Assembly: GCA_035221665.1 (NCBI GenBank)
Contig: CM069163.1
Coordinates: 11,904,001 to 11,968,000 of the forward strand
DNA from: Okamejei kenojei
Taxonomy: Eukaryota
DNA length: 64,000 bases
Direction: 5' to 3'
Of this stretch, positions 1 through 13,665 are shown one piece after another; position 1 is the stretch's first letter; every line of letters begins with the position of its first letter. The position numbers were made by a program, and so were the translations under genes. The notes beneath the pieces were generated by a model, which searched no databases, was not told the DNA's origin, and saw nothing but the letters and a program-made list of their open reading frames with translations.

Positions 1-750
1 AGTCGTTGAGGCTCGCCGCAGTGGAGTGTTTTGGCACTGGCACGATGGAGGTAGTTTTAAGGCACATGGGGACAACTGCCTGGGCAAGTGACAGGTTGAA
101 GATGTCAGTCCAGACGTCTGTCAGCTGTGCAGCACAGGTCCTGAGGACGCGCCCGGGGGTGCTGTCAGGGCCGGCAGCCTTACGTACATTGATCCTACTC
201 AGTGCCACGTGCACGTCGTAGGGGTTGAGATTGAGTTCCTCGAGGAAGGATGCATCGCTGGAAGTGGGGGTGGAGTTGGTGGCTCTGTAGTCAGTGATGA
301 CCTGGATGCCATGCCACATGCGTCGGGGGTCGGAGTTGCTGTCAAAGTGCTCCTCAATCCGCAGCTTGTATCTGTGTTTGGCGTTTTTGATGCCCCTCTT
401 CAGATTGGCCCTCGATGGACTATAGGCACGAGCATTGCCTGACCTGAAAGCCAAGTCCCGTGCTTTCAGCAGTCGCCTGACCTCGCTGTTCATCCATGGC
501 TTCTGATTCGGGTATGTGGTGATTTGTTTGAGAGTGGTGACACTGTTGATGGAGGAATTGATGAAGTCCAGAACAGAGGAAGTATAGGCGTCAATGTCAG
601 TGTGGGAGTCAAGGGTCGCCTGAGCTGCAAACGCATCCCAGTCAGTGTTACCAAAACGCTGCTGGAGTGTGGAGTCCGCTTCATCTGACCAAACCTTGAC
701 TGTCCTCACTGTGGGTTTAACGCGTCTGATGAGTGGGGAGTACTTAGGGA
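1..750 (-). mobile_element. Rex1/Babar-type LINE fragment (ORF2, region before the RT core)
   Basis: Minus strand reads [43 protein letters not shown]. Confidence 0.8.
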
Positions 751-759
751 GCAGGGACA

Positions 760-2200
760 AGTAGTCAAAGACTGAATTATTTCAGTAATGAGGAAGGATA
801 GCCTCGAACACACCTCAAACAATGCCATACATGTAGAGATTAGGAACAAAAAGGTATGAATGTTTTGCTGAGGGTGTATTACAGACCTCGCAAAAAAAGC
901 AACTGGGAGATAGAGGAAACAATATGTTGGCTGATTTCAGAGAAATGCAATATACATATGGTTATTGTAAGGGTGGATTTCCCTTTCACAAATATTAACT
1001 GGGATTGCATTAGCACAGAGGAGCTGGAATTTGTGGTGTGTCTGGTAGAGATCTTTTTGATCACAACATGTAGAAAGACCAACCAGGGAAGGAGCTTTAC
1101 TGGGCCTTATCCTGGGGAATGTAGCTGATCAAGTGGAGATCTGTCAGCAGGGGATCAATTAGGAAATAGTTACCATAACTCCATGTATTTTAAATGGTAA
1201 TGGGAAAGGAATGGGACAGACTAGTAATAAATGTCTTAAACTGGGCCAAGGCCGATATCATTAACGTAACAGAGGACCTGGTGAAGATAGATTGGGAGCT
1301 TCCACATAAGTCAGTGGGAACTATTCAAAGAGGAACTAGCATGTTCAATGCCAACATGATGCTGGAAGGGCAAAATCTAAAGGATTACACGTGTTGGGAT
1401 CTCTGGATGTCAAGGGCTGGAAAAAGAATTTGCTACTGTATGCCTGTGACCACAAGGATTGGTGCTGGGTCCCTTGGCATTGTGACATACTTGGTTGTGG
1501 ATGTAGATTAGTAGTGGATGGCATGAAGATTGGAAGATTTGTTCATTACATGGAAGGGAGACCTAGGCTGCTGAGAGTAATCAATGTATTGGTGAAATGT
1601 GCTGAAAAATTTAGTTGGTATTTCATCCAGATAAACGTGTCAATGCATTCTGGAAGTACTAATGAGGCTAGAACACACTGTAAATGGTAGGGTCTTAGGG
1701 AGTATTGAGGTGCAGATGAACCCTGGGGTAAATCCAGAGATCCTTGAAGGTAGGAAGATGAAGGTAGTATTAAGAAGGAATATGGATTACTTGTCTTTAT
1801 TAATCGGGACATTGAATACAGAAGTTGGGAGGTTATGCTTTATAAAATCTTATTCAGACCTCAGATGGATTACTACGCATTGCTCTATTCACCACACTAT
1901 GAGTAGAATGCAATATTGCTGCATATAGCGCTGAATAGATTTGTGGAGATGTTGCCTGGGATGAACAGTTTAGTAATGAGGTGGGGCTGGCGAAGCTAGG
2001 TCTCGAGGGGAGATTTAGAGCGGATATGAGGGGGGCCTTCTTTACCCAGAGTGTTAAGAACCTGGAATACGCTTAAGATTGGTTGAAGCTGGGTTACTGA
2101 CAGCATTTGAGTGTTTAGCTGAACATTTGAATTGCCTAGGCGATCAACAAAGTTTTGGACATGGGTTTAATGCGGAAAGATGGCCTGTTTCCCTGTGATA
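760..2200 (+). mobile_element. Old degenerate CR1 LINE
   Basis: Decayed EN motifs (VYYRP, DFPFTNINW) and a CR1-type 3' end (ggcctgtttccctgtg). Confidence 0.7.
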
Positions 2201-2223
2201 CAATTCTACGACTCTCCACCTAC

Positions 2224-2347
2224 CATCTCTCTCGTGCAGCTGTTCCTGCAATATTTGTATCGTTTGTTTCAGCTCAAGAACATGTGAGGAATTCAATGCT
2301 TCTTGTGGGAGCGAATGTTTATCTTTTTGCCCATGTTCCACCAGTTT
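2224..2347 (-). CDS. CDK5RAP2: Exon 20 (KLVEHGQKDKHSLPQE...LQEQLHERD)
   Basis: 124 nt, phase 0/1, ctttctttgatag acceptor, G|gtaggt donor. Confidence 0.8.
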
Positions 2348-2709
2348 CTATCAAAGAAAGATACTTGCTGTTAGTACAAAAAATAAGTTGCAGAAAATTA
2401 AACCAAATAAGTCATCAATGACATGGCAAGTTTCCAATGGACAATTTTACCTCAGTTCCAATAAAAAGAGGGATAGAAGTAGTTTTTATTGGTTGCAGTA
2501 AACAGTTGAGACACCAAGTATCAGGAAGCAATTGTGCTCCTCACCCAATGCACAGTTCCTCTGCCTTCAATGGAACAGATCACACTTAAAAGCTGCATTG
2601 AAACTTGGTACCCACCTACTGCCAGCGACCAATTACACCCATGGTATTGTTGTCTAGCAATGACTTTCAGTAACCGAACGCCCATTTTCCCTGAAACAGC
2701 TTTCTTCAG

Positions 2710-3340
2710 CAGACTAAAGGGCTAGAATACAAATCAGGGATGTAATGCTGAGGCTCTAAAAGGTGCTGGTCTGGCCGCATTTGGGGTATTCTGAGCAATT
2801 TTGGGCACTATATCTGAGGAAGGATGAGCTGGCTCTGGAGAGGGTCCAAATGAGGCTTACCAGAATGATCCCATGAATGAGAGAGTTAACATATGGGCGT
2901 TTGACAGCACTTGGCCTGTACTTGCTGGAGTTTAGAAAGATGAGGGGGGACCTCATGGAACCTTACCAAATAGTGAAAGGCTTGGATATAGTGGACGTGG
3001 AGAGGATGTTTCCACTAGTGGGAGAGTCTAGGACCAAAGGTCACAGCCTCAGAATTAAAGGACTTTCCTTTAGGAAGGAGATGAGGAGGAATTTCTTTAG
3101 TCAGTGGGTGGTGAATCTGTGGAATTCTTTGCCACAAAAAGGCTGTGGAGGCCAAGTCAATTGATATTTTTAAGGCAGAGATCGAATCTTAATTAGTAAG
3201 GGTGTCAAGTGTTAACGTGAGGCGGGAGAATGAGGTTAGGAGGGAGAGATAGATCTGCCACGATTGAATGGCAGAGTAGACTTAAGGAGCCGAACTGCTT
3301 AGTTCTGCTCCCGTCACCTATGACCTACGACCTATGATAA
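2710..3340 (+). mobile_element. CR1 LINE 3' fragment
   Basis: LGLYLLEFRKMRGDL...RRNFFSQWVVNLWNSLP followed by a short tandem tail. Confidence 0.85.
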
Positions 3341-3732
3341 AGACAGAGGCCATCACAATTCCATGCAACCCTGGAGTGCTCCCGCAATAAAATGCAGCCA
3401 TGGCTACACTGTGATTCTACTTTACCCTGAGGTTTCAGAAGTGCTCGAACTTCTTCTTGCCTTTACAAAATAAATGACACATTTTGAATGACACATAAAG
3501 GACTTTTTTTTTTGAAGTCCCAATTTTGAAACCAAAACAACCAAATTTATTAAATTGGCTTCTGACTTTAATGGAATTATTTTGATCCTGCACACAAAAT
3601 TAGATTTTTGCCACAATATGGCAAGTCACAGTATTACTGCTTATCAGCAAGATCAATACTTGTTACAACACTGAGGCACAAATATCAAACATTCCAATGT
3701 GCAAGAACTTGTAGAGTTTCAGCAATACCCAC

Positions 3733-3924
3733 ATGAATGATCTTATCTTTCTCATCCGAAGCAGCTTTTAGCTGCACCATTTGTAGTGCCAGATCTTGGT
3801 TTACCATGGGGTCGTGTTCCACCAACACTGAAGCGGGTTTCTCTTTCTCAACATTTTGACGATTTAACCCTTCAATCTCTTGACTGAGTTTAGACAAACG
3901 GCTATTAGAACACTCCGAAGCCTC
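3733..3924 (-). CDS. CDK5RAP2: Exon 19 (EASECSNSRLSKLSQEIE...DEKDKIIH)
   Basis: 192 nt, phase 0/0, tag/gtgggt; coiled coil. Confidence 0.85.
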
Positions 3925-4672
3925 CTAAAAATAAATTTATAAAATTATAAACGCTCAGTAATCAAATTCTAGGAAAACAGCAATAGGTTGCAATTTTGAA
4001 GAATATATATTGACAACACTGCAAAAGACAACAACTTGAAAGCTGTCATAATACTCACTGCAGTTATTGAATAGCACGCAAAGTCCTTTACTCAGAAAGC
4101 ATCCCAAAGCAAATGAGATTGAAACTAAAGCAACATCTCCCTATAATTTTCTGTCATAAAGTGCACCAAGTGATGTATAGTTATGCATAAATAATGTCTG
4201 TAAAATCCATCACATTCATTTACTGCAGTGTAGACAGATGTTTAGTTAATTATCCCATGCCATAAACCGCCTTCAGGTAACAAAAATGTGACAAAAATCA
4301 AATTTTCAACAATTAGGAAACATTGAAGAACCTGTATTTTCTGTAAAAAACACCTCCTTTAGTGGAAAAGTGCTGACAACATAATACCAAGAATTCCTGC
4401 TATTATGCTGGGTTCAGATGGAGTTGAGAGATTGGACTCGTTTGACATTCATTACCTTGTTATAAAACACCCGGCAGACATAATTATCCTGCTGACAACA
4501 CAGGCCAAAGAACAAAATAGTTTTACAGCAACACAAAAAGTGCCATCACAAAGTACAGTATTTATCAAACCACCAAAAAGCATTGATAATTAAAGGCATT
4601 ATATAAAAACCCTTCTAAAAGTATTCAGCAATTAAGCCTTTAATTCTATTTTACATCTTCTGAGCCACGTAC

Positions 4673-4867
4673 CCTGAGGAGCTGATCCTTGCTGTTAATT
4701 GTGTCCAAGAGTTCCTCAATCTCCTTTTCATGCTCTGAGCTCAGCTTCTTCCTCTCTGCCCAAGCGTTCTCCAGCATTTTCTCCTGTACCTTTAAGCGCT
4801 GATTCAAATGTTCAGCTAGGTCCTTGGTGCCACAGTGAGACTGGCTCAGCAGCGTGTTTGTCATCTC
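4673..4867 (-). CDS. CDK5RAP2: Exon 18 (EMTNTLLSQSHCG...SKDQLLR)
   Basis: 195 nt, phase 0/0, cag/gtacgt. Confidence 0.92.
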
Positions 4868-5639
4868 CTGAATTTGGAAACAAAAATAAGGGGATAAAGA
4901 TCAAGCCAGAACTCTATCAACTGCCCGTCTCCTTCAAATCAGAACAAATAATTAATGCAACTGTGATAGTACATTATCTTCCAAGGATTGAATAGCTGTT
5001 TGAACATTATGTTTTTGCACTGCACCAAAACACTGGAAACATCGGATTTATGCCAATTGTGGCAGCAAGTAGCACTCTTGCATCTCAAGTTCACAGGTTG
5101 TAGATGCAAGTATACATGTAGAAGCAATCCGAGTGTTAAAATCTAGGTGGTACTGAGAGCGCAGGGGGGCAGATGATGCTGAAAATGCAGGGACACCCAT
5201 ATTGCTGGCAGAAGAGGCATTAAACAAGACACTCCACTAAGTCTTTAAGGGCACACATTCACTACACTATTATTATTTCAGAGCAGGGATTTACCCCAAT
5301 GGCCTGAGAAATATTGATCTCTGAATTAACATTAGTAGAACAGAATTCGTTACATTCACAAAGTTACCAGTGAGAGGTTGCTATGGGCAGGCAGGTGGAC
5401 ATTTTCTCTAATGCAGAAAGCAGATGATGCAGAAAGCACATTTTCAGAATCACTGAGAGATCAAAGCAGGGAAAGGCCCAATTACAAAGAAATTCTAATT
5501 TAAAAAAAGATTTACTGATAAGATCTGGTTACAGCATTTTCAAAGTAAAATGTAGCAGCATGAACAGCCAAGTTATAATTAGTCATATCATTCATTTTCA
5601 TTTCATCATGCAGGACCTGCATTTTTCAACTTCACCATT

Positions 5640-7160
5640 TCAAGGATCTTCAATGGAATTGCGAAGATAAATGCATAGCTGGAGAGAAGAGGACTTCACT
5701 TTCCTGGGGCAATGGGACCCGTGCAGGTTAAATGTATTTGGGAGTACAAATACATAGCTCCTGAAAGTGGCATCCCAGGTATAAAGGTGGTAAAGGCAGC
5801 TTTTGACACGATGGCCTTCATCAGTCAGGGAAATGAATATAGAAGTTAGGACATTACACCACAGTTAGTTGTACAAGATACTGGCGAGGATGACTTTGAA
5901 TATTGAATGCAGTTTCCTGCTCCAGGAAAGATACCATAAAGCTTGAGAGTGCAGAGAACATTTACGAGGATGTGCCAGGAGTTGAGGCTTTTGATGGCCT
6001 GAGCTATAGGGAGAGGTTGAGAGGTTAGGACTTTATTCCTTCGAGCGCAGGAGGCCGAGGGGGTGATCTCATAGATGTATAAAATGACGAGGAGAATAGA
6101 TAGAGGATAAATGCAGTCTTTTTCTCCCAAGATAGGGGATCAAGAACTACAGGACATAGGCAAAGGTAATTGTTCTGTGCTGTACAAGCCTATGACTAAC
6201 TTTCTTAACACACTGTTCAAGCCCAAAGACGACTGCCTAAAAAGGCAGACCACAGGGTATCAGTGGGAGGAAAATGAAATACCTCAATGGAAAAGGATAT
6301 TACCTAAAATGAGTAAAAAAAACAGCAAAATGGAGAAGAACGAATTTCAAAGGACGAGTAATAATCTACATGGCAGGAAAGACTGTAACTGGAATAGATT
6401 GTCTTTGCTTTTAAAAAGAGGAGCAAATGTTGCAGGAAACATAAGAGGAAGTTGAAAAAAGGAAATAGGTGATAGAGGTAAAACCAAGCAGCAAACAGAA
6501 AACAGAAGCTCCAAGTATTCCTGTCATATGAACAGGATGTGGGCTGTCAGAGTAGTGGACTGATGAGAAATTGGGTAAAAAGGAAAATAATCTACTCCGA
6601 GTCAACGGCTGCGTCTGAAATGCTAAATTAGTACTTGATATCAGTTTCTTGATGATGGTATTAAAATTTGATTCATAGGTACTAAAAAAGCAAGCTGTCC
6701 GTAAAATAGATCAATCATCCGCTTCAGTTTGGATAACATTCTAGGCTGCTGAGGGGAGGAAGGAGGAAATTGTGATGAATTGCTCATAATTTTCAAAAAA
6801 TGTCTTCCGTTTGGGAAGTGGTGAATTAAGCAATGGAAAACTGCAGATGTTCAATCTTTGTTCGAAAAAGGCTTCAGGGATAAACTCAGTAACCACAGAC
6901 TGAGGTCAGCTCAACGTCCACAGTGGTGGAAGTTCCAGAAACGGTAAAACACGGACAGAATTAGTTGTCACTTGAAAAGGTTTGGATTGATTCGAGAAAG
7001 CCAACATGGATTTATTACAATTGGTCAATCATGAGGTTTTTTTCAAGTAAAAGAAGTTTAATGGGGTGGAATACAAATTTTGCAGTATGGGGGATTTCAA
7101 AAGGCATTTGAAAAGGTGCCATATAAGGTTTGAATTAATTTCAAAATGGATGCAATAAAA
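5640..7160 (+). mobile_element. Degenerate CR1 fragments
   Basis: Remnants of the ORF2 RT and C-terminus (gaaagccaacatggattta; gatttcaaaaggcatttgaaaaggtgcc). Confidence 0.6.
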
Positions 7161-7164
7161 GAGC

Positions 7165-7660
7165 AGCACAGTGGCACAGGTGGTAATGCTACTAGCCCAG
7201 AGGCAAGGTTTGATCCTCAATGTCGATATGGAGCTTGCATGCACTCCCTGTGATTGCAAAGGTTGCCTCCAGATTTGGCACTTTCCTCCCAAGTCCAGGT
7301 TTGTAGGTTAATTAATTGGCCTCTGTAAATTGCCCTCTGAGTAGAGAGTGGGTGCAGAAGTGAGAGAACATAGAACTAGTATGAATGTGTGATCGACGGT
7401 CATTGTGGACTTGTAGGTAGACACAAAACTCTGGAGTAACTCAGCGGGACAGGCAGCATCTCTGGAGAGAAGGAACGGGCGACCTTTTGGGTCGACCTGA
7501 AACATCACCCATTCCTTCCCTCCAGAGATGCTGTCTGTCCCGCTGAGTTACTCCAGCATTTTGTGTCTACCTTCGATTTTAACCAGCATCTGCAGTTCTT
7601 TCTTAGTCATCATGGACTTGGCAGGCTGAAGGACAATTCCACGCTGACATTTTTAATCGA
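7165..7660 (+). mobile_element. tRNA-derived SINE interrupted by a Penelope-type foldback insertion
   Basis: ggcacaggtggta...ggtttgatcc head and gtttgtaggttaattaattggc core; same family as 14130 and 25050. Confidence 0.65.
7414..7605. mobile_element. Penelope-terminus foldback element with 15-bp TSD
   Basis: Inverted arms ~7415-7490 and ~7497-7572; TSD gtcat(tg/ca)tggacttg at 7399-7413 and 7606-7620. Confidence 0.75.
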
Positions 7661-7882
7661 TCAAGAGAGGCTGCAGCAGCATAGAAAGAAAATTGGGTAA
7701 GAAAAAGGAAGCAGCATAATACTGAAACTGATTATCAGAATCGAAACAGTTCTATGCGTGCAGAAGAGAAGGCTGGGCAGTCAGGCCAGCTGGAATGCCC
7801 CGCAGTGGAGCCTTTACAGACTCAACTTGCACAATGTCCCTCTTCCATGCTCGTGATCAACTTTCATTTATAGATCAATTAC

Positions 7883-8062
7883 CTCCAAACTGTCAGCCTT
7901 TTCTTTAAGGGATTGCTGCAGCTGTAAAATAACAGCATCCTTTTCACGGAGTGCCTGCAGTTGACTGTCTTCCAGCTCTTGTTTCAATCTTTGCAAACTT
8001 TTGCACGTATTTACAAAATGTTGCAGCTCTATGTCTTTTTCTTTAATCGTACCATCCAGACT
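7883..8062 (-). CDS. CDK5RAP2: Exon 17 (SLDGTIKEKDIELQHFVNTCKSLQ...KADSLE)
   Basis: 180 nt, phase 0/0, aag/gtaatt. Confidence 0.92.
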
Positions 8063-8734
8063 CTTCAACACAAACAAGAAAGGAAAACAAATGGATTAAT
8101 CTGAGGGAGAAACTTTATTGGTATAATTATACCTGTCATGACAAACTAAACATGAATCCATTTAGAATATAGCACTCGTTTTCAACGCTGTCTCCAAACT
8201 CTGCAGATTTGGGAATATGAATCAAGTCAATGTGGTTATAATCAACCATTATTAGTTGGAGACAACGATGAAGGGACTGACCACAATACTGATCATCAAA
8301 ACATTAAATGTCTTACCAAGGACTTAAACCATCGCTCTTAAAAAGCAGGCCTCAAAAACTAACAAACATTCTAATCCCACTTTATTCTTAATAAAAAAAC
8401 ATTATTCTTTATAAAATAAACTTTCAAATAAATGCTACAATACTCTAAGCTGACACCCACATGTCAGATTATTTCACGTGTAACTAAATACCTTTTGGGA
8501 GTACATTATAGTTTTAAACCTGTTTTTACCATTTTTGCCTAAAGTACATGGATGCCTATAGTAGACTGTCTCAGCATTTCTTGAGCCTGTCCTTCATCCT
8601 CGAGTACTCACAGGGTTTAATCCTGCAAGTACATCCCAACATAGATCTAGTATGAACGTGTGATCGATGGTCACACGCCTGAGCGTGTCCACATCTCTGC
8701 ATCATTTACAATTTATCATTGTGTCATAAATCAT

Positions 8735-8975
8735 TACATAGCACAAACACAGTCCTGGTGGCCTTCCGGTCCACGCCAACTAAGTTGCCTAACCAAGCTA
8801 GTCCCACTTGCCTGTGCCTAGCCCATATCCATCCAAATCTTTCCTATCCACTACCCAAGTGGTTTTTAAATGTCATGGCTGTACCCACAGCCACCACTTC
8901 CTCTGGCAGCTTGTTCTATGTGCGCACCATCTTCTGTGGAAAAACTTGCCACTCAGGTCCTTTTAAATCTTTCTG
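8735..8975 (-). mobile_element. CR1 3' end fragment
   Basis: Reverse complement of a typical CR1 3' terminus. Confidence 0.6.
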
Positions 8976-9218
8976 TTGAAACCAATGTAGGCTCTCCCGA
9001 CTAACATCAGGTCGCTTTATGTACAAATGTTAAATTTCAATCATGTGAAATTTTCTATATTTGCCTAAAATAACTGCGATAAAGGTTTGTATCACAAATA
9101 ATTTGTTTTAACAAAGCAAAATTCTAGCAGAGAAAGTTGCTTCAGGCAGCTTTGAAGCTGATGCACAAAGCAGCTTATCTGTACTGACAATATTTTCAGC
9201 CTCAGTAAAAATGCTTAC

Positions 9219-9356
9219 ATTAATTGTTTCTTCATGACTGGCAAGCAGACTCTTCAGTCGATCAAAATTGTGGTCCTTTTCTCTCAAAGCTAGATGTAGC
9301 TGTTGAATCTCGTTTTCCTTTTCATCAATAGCTGCATGTTTTTGATCAATGGCTTG
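9219..9356 (-). CDS. CDK5RAP2: Exon 16 (QAIDQKHAAIDEKENEIQQLHLALREKDHNFDRLKSLLASHEETIN)
   Basis: 138 nt, phase 0/0, aag/gtaagc. Confidence 0.92.
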
Positions 9357-9709
9357 CTTTAAATGGTAAAGAGGAATTTAAAAAAAAGGTACATTACGGT
9401 GAATGTGAAAAACAAAGCAATAAATTTACACTGAAACAAAATTAAAATATTTTAGTGCAGATACTGTGATGGAGCTACAGCATACTTCCAGATAGCATCA
9501 GCACACAAGCACTTTTATGCAGGGGTGGCACAACATCACAGGATCCCAGCAGAAAAAAAAAATGTCCCCTCCTTAAATTAGCAGTGCAAAATAAATTTAT
9601 ACCAGATGCACCAGAATGAGATAGTGAGCTCTTGGTCTGGATGTCTCAGTAATACTTCACAGACATCCAATGAAATATTTGTTTTAAATGGCAAAACCAG
9701 TCTGTTTGA

Positions 9710-10120
9710 ATTTGAATTTGCCATGGAAATGGGTCCTTCAGCCCAACTCATCCATGACGACCAAGATGCCCCATCTATGTTAGTTCCATTTGCCTGTATT
9801 TAGCCCACAGTCCTCTATAAACATTTCCTATCCTTGTACCTGTCCAAAAGGTCTGTTAAATATTGTTATATACTTTCCTCTCTTCTGTACGTAGTTCCAC
9901 AGACCCACCACCCTCTGTGTGAAAAAACAGCCTCTCAGGTTTGTATTAAATCTTTCCCCCCCTCAACTTAAACCTATGCCCTTTGCTTCTTGAGGATCCT
10001 ACCCTGGGAAAAAAAGTTACTGTGGAAAATTCACCCCATCCATTCCCCACATAATTTATATATATCCCTATAAAGTTGTATACATCCCTATAAGATCATC
10101 TCAGCTTCCGGAGCACCAAG
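9710..10120 (-). mobile_element. CR1 3' end fragment
   Basis: cccaccaccctctgtgtgaaaaa and related CR1 3' motifs on the minus strand. Confidence 0.6.
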
Positions 10121-10219
10121 GAATATAGTATGGTATATTGCTGCAATATATTCTGATAAATATTATTTTTATGGTATCAATGTTGAATTTGCCGATATAG
10201 AATTCACTGCAGGGAATAC

Positions 10220-10336
10220 CTCAAGAGCCCCATCTTTCTCCCTCAGACGATCACGTAGTTTAGCAATCAAAACATCTTTTCCACCAGGACTCCGATCTCC
10301 TGCTTGTGGAACTCCTTTTAGCAGCTCTGTGTATTC
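10220..10336 (-). CDS. CDK5RAP2: Exon 15 (EYTELLKGVPQAGDRSPGGKDVLIAKLRDRLREKDGALE)
   Basis: 117 nt, phase 0/0, tag/gtattc; myomegalin-like peptide. Confidence 0.9.
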
Positions 10337-11390
10337 CTAGTGTGGGTGGAGAGAAAGGAAGAGGGGAAAAAAAGTGATCAGTACTAAGATTTTGCAACTA
10401 CAAGCAAAAAAGCTGAGCTGTACTTGCTTTTAATTATTGACCCCTGCTAGTTACTGATGCCTCTTCGCAGTGTCAATTTGTTTCCAATTTGTTTCCAAGG
10501 ATTGCATCCAAAATAGGTCTATGTTATATCACACGGGGGGGGGGCAATTCAAGTAGCAGCAGCATTGATGTGAAGGTTGAAGGATCAAATCCCCACTGAC
10601 AGACTTGAATATCAAGATGGAAACACTAACTAAAGTTTGCACAGCTTGCTTCTCTCCCAGTGATAAATTCATGCATTATGTGTAAAATGTGATGTCCACT
10701 AGCAAGACAAAACCTTGGCCACATGTCAATAAGTCAATTAAGGTATTAAACTTTTTAATAGAGATAGCAACTGATGTTTCTCTCGATGAATTACACACTG
10801 CAGCTTATTGCAATTTTCCCTAATTATGATTTGGTCATAGTTAGGTGTAATGTATAATTTGATATATGTGAAAGCAAGTGGTGAAGCAAGTAAGAATTTT
10901 AAAAGTGGCCCAAGGGTGCAAAAGAGATTCTCAATTACACACACACAATAGGGACCACAAGGCAAAAGTGTATACAAAGTTAATGGAGGCCAAATGTATA
11001 TTGACACAATTTTATTTTCTCATTCTTAAAATAACATTGCACATTCTACCCCTGTAACATTTTATTAATTGATCATTCTGATCAAAATGCTAATGGTATT
11101 ATCTAGTTGGCTGGATATCATTGATCAGATTGGCAGAAATGTTTTTTTCAGTTCTGCTCAAGTATGGACAGCTATGAATCAATTCTAACAACAAAAGGTA
11201 AAGACTCAAGTTTACAACTCAGTAATATATTCAACTGATAGCTTAAGATGTGAAGGCCATTACTGACACATTATTCACAAGCGATTCTTCAGATTGTTTT
11301 CTTTACAAAAAGTTAATTATACAACTTTCATGACATTTCCAATTTTATCCAATTAGATTATTTTTTCACAGTAGCGTTGCTGCCCCACAC

Positions 11391-11561
11391 CTGAAGTAAT
11401 TTATCTTTATAGTTTAAGCCGTCTGTTAACCGCTCAATAACCAGTTCCAGGCTTTGCAGCTTCTGTTTGTTCTCCGTTAGCAGAGACTGGCGCCGGTGCT
11501 CCATGGCATGCTCCTTCTCTGCCAACTCAGCACCCAATTTCTGAATGTGGTTTTGAATATC
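11391..11561 (-). CDS. CDK5RAP2: Exon 14 (DIQNHIQKLGAELAEKEHAMEH...KDKLLQ)
   Basis: 171 nt, phase 0/0, cag/gtgtgg. Confidence 0.93.
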
Positions 11562-12029
11562 CTGCAGATAGCGAGACAAACATTTTATTTTAATTTTTTT
11601 ATTGAGACAAAGGAAGTGTCATAACAGAAACAAAATAGGGACTCTTGCATTGTAAAACCATATGCTGTTAGCAAAAGGATGAACTTAAATAGGAAAATAG
11701 AAAATTTACATTGCTGTTAATTTAGATTCATTTGAAAATTTGAAGCTAGACTACTTAGATTGTTGAATGAGAATCTTTTCTCTCTATGCATTGAAATAAA
11801 GATAGTGTTCCAATGTAAAATGGATATCAGAAAAATGTTTTTATCATGTTTTGATGAATGAGAATAAGGAAAAAGTCTCACATTCTTCTGCCACACTTCT
11901 AAGTGAGGAATGACGACATTATGTCAGTAATCCATCATTAACTGTGTCTTTGGAAGTTATTTAAATATGAACATTATCTAAGTGCTCACAAGGAGAAAAC
12001 ATGCTCAAAGCTTTAATGCATAGTATAAA

Positions 12030-12200
12030 AAGGACACAAAACGCAGGAGTAACTCGGTGGATTAGGTAGCATCTCTGGAAGATACGGATAGGCGATGTTT
12101 TGGGTTGCAACCCTTCTTCAGTCCAATTGTAGTTGGGATGGGGTAGTGGGGTGAAAGGGGTCTTGTAAGTGATAGGTGGACACAGGTGAGGAGGGCTTTA
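12030..12200 (-). mobile_element. Penelope terminal fragment with a degenerate hammerhead core (12094-12121)
   Basis: Same family as 41655-41790; core reads CTGAAGA...AAAA (G12 lost). Confidence 0.6.
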
Positions 12201-13357
12201 TTATTGTATTCCTTTCCAGGTTAAAAATTATGAGTTTGTTCATCCTTATCTATTTATTGTCCTGGATATTGTAGAAGTGTTGAACACACATGGGCAGAAT
12301 TAATGTGACTAATTTCCTTTTAGGAAAGCCGAGCATTAAAGGAGATATTCGCGATACGAAGCAGACGTTGAGAAAAAGATTGAAATATCATGAATTTAGT
12401 GCTACCTTAAAAAAAATATTAATGCAATTTTTAAAAAAATTACAAAAAAGAATCACAGCTAGGGCTCAAAAAATAGATGAGACTGGAATCTTAAATATTT
12501 GGGGAGAGGCGATTTGGAAAATTAGGTACCACGAGTCCCTAAGCAAGAATAATCACTGGGAACATTTCCAACTTATTTTCCTTGTATCCTGGCTAATATT
12601 TTAATCATCTTTTGGAAGTCCCATCTAGGCACATATCCTGCACAAGCTGATGTGTGCAAATTGAAGACTTGTAGAATTTCTGTGTAAATTATATTCAACT
12701 TGTTTTTGTGTTTTGTCAGAGTCCACGTGCCTGTGATGCTGCTGCAAGCAAGATTTTCATTATACTTATATTCCACCATCCTTGTGCATATGACAATAAG
12801 ATCTACTTAATTTGAAATTGTCTATCACCTTTCCCTACATGACAGAAAAGCTTGCTGGATATTCCAAGTGTGTGAATGGTATGGAGGAGGTGCAATTCTC
12901 TCCTCAACATCTTTTAGTTTTTATGGCAACTTGTAAAATTTCATTTGAATTTAGATGAAACTAAAACATTACAAAGTAATATAAATTGAAATCTGAAGAT
13001 ACAGCAAAGTAGGTAGGTCCAGTAAATGTAAAAAGGTAACACAGCTCATTGCGTGAATTGAGTTTGACATGCACATTAACTCAGATAATTTGGGGAACCA
13101 TTAGAAAATATTTGAAATAATATTCACTTTTTAGGATACTTATCCAATTGGAATTATTTTTAAACCCTCAATTACAAAAATATCTGACAAAACAGCTGGC
13201 TATATTCATACAATAAGGATAGGATTTCAAAGTAATTAATTGGCACATGATACACTTGGGGACTTTGGGAAAAACCCCAGAAAATGTGGGGATTTTCATT
13301 ACATTTGTTATGGCGACAGTGAAAAATAACTTAAAATGCTACAGAATGGACACCAAC

Positions 13358-13576
13358 ATTAATGGTCTTGTCACTCTTTCTTTTCTGTAGCTGTAGTTCT
13401 TCCACCTCCTCTTCCAGTTTAACCTTTGTCTCAGTCAGATCTTTCAGCTCCTGCTCTTGACGGCTCAATGCTCTTTGCAACTTCTGGACCTCCATTGCTT
13501 TTCCATTGCAATCGGCATGGAGCTCTGCGAGCTCAGTCTCTTTCGCAGTCATGAGGCTTTGATATTCTTCTGCTCC
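13358..13576 (-). CDS. CDK5RAP2: Exon 13 (GAEEYQSLMTAKE...KSDKTIN)
   Basis: 219 nt, phase 0/0, cag/gttggt. Confidence 0.93.
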
Positions 13577-13665
13577 CTGAAGACCAAAAAGTCACAACAT
13601 GAAATTGTTCACTTAAACTAAAACATAGGATCACCTGAGCAGATTTAAATAGGTTTGCCACTTAC

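Noticed and set aside
3426-3460. Possible 35-nt micro-exon (ARRSSSTSETS) with AG/GT ends
   Set aside because: Exons 19 and 20 already join in phase 0; including it would frameshift, and the pyrimidine tract is weak.
13255-13320. Cluster of NF-kB-like G-runs
   Set aside because: None matches GGGRNNYYCC fully; chance occurrence is likely.
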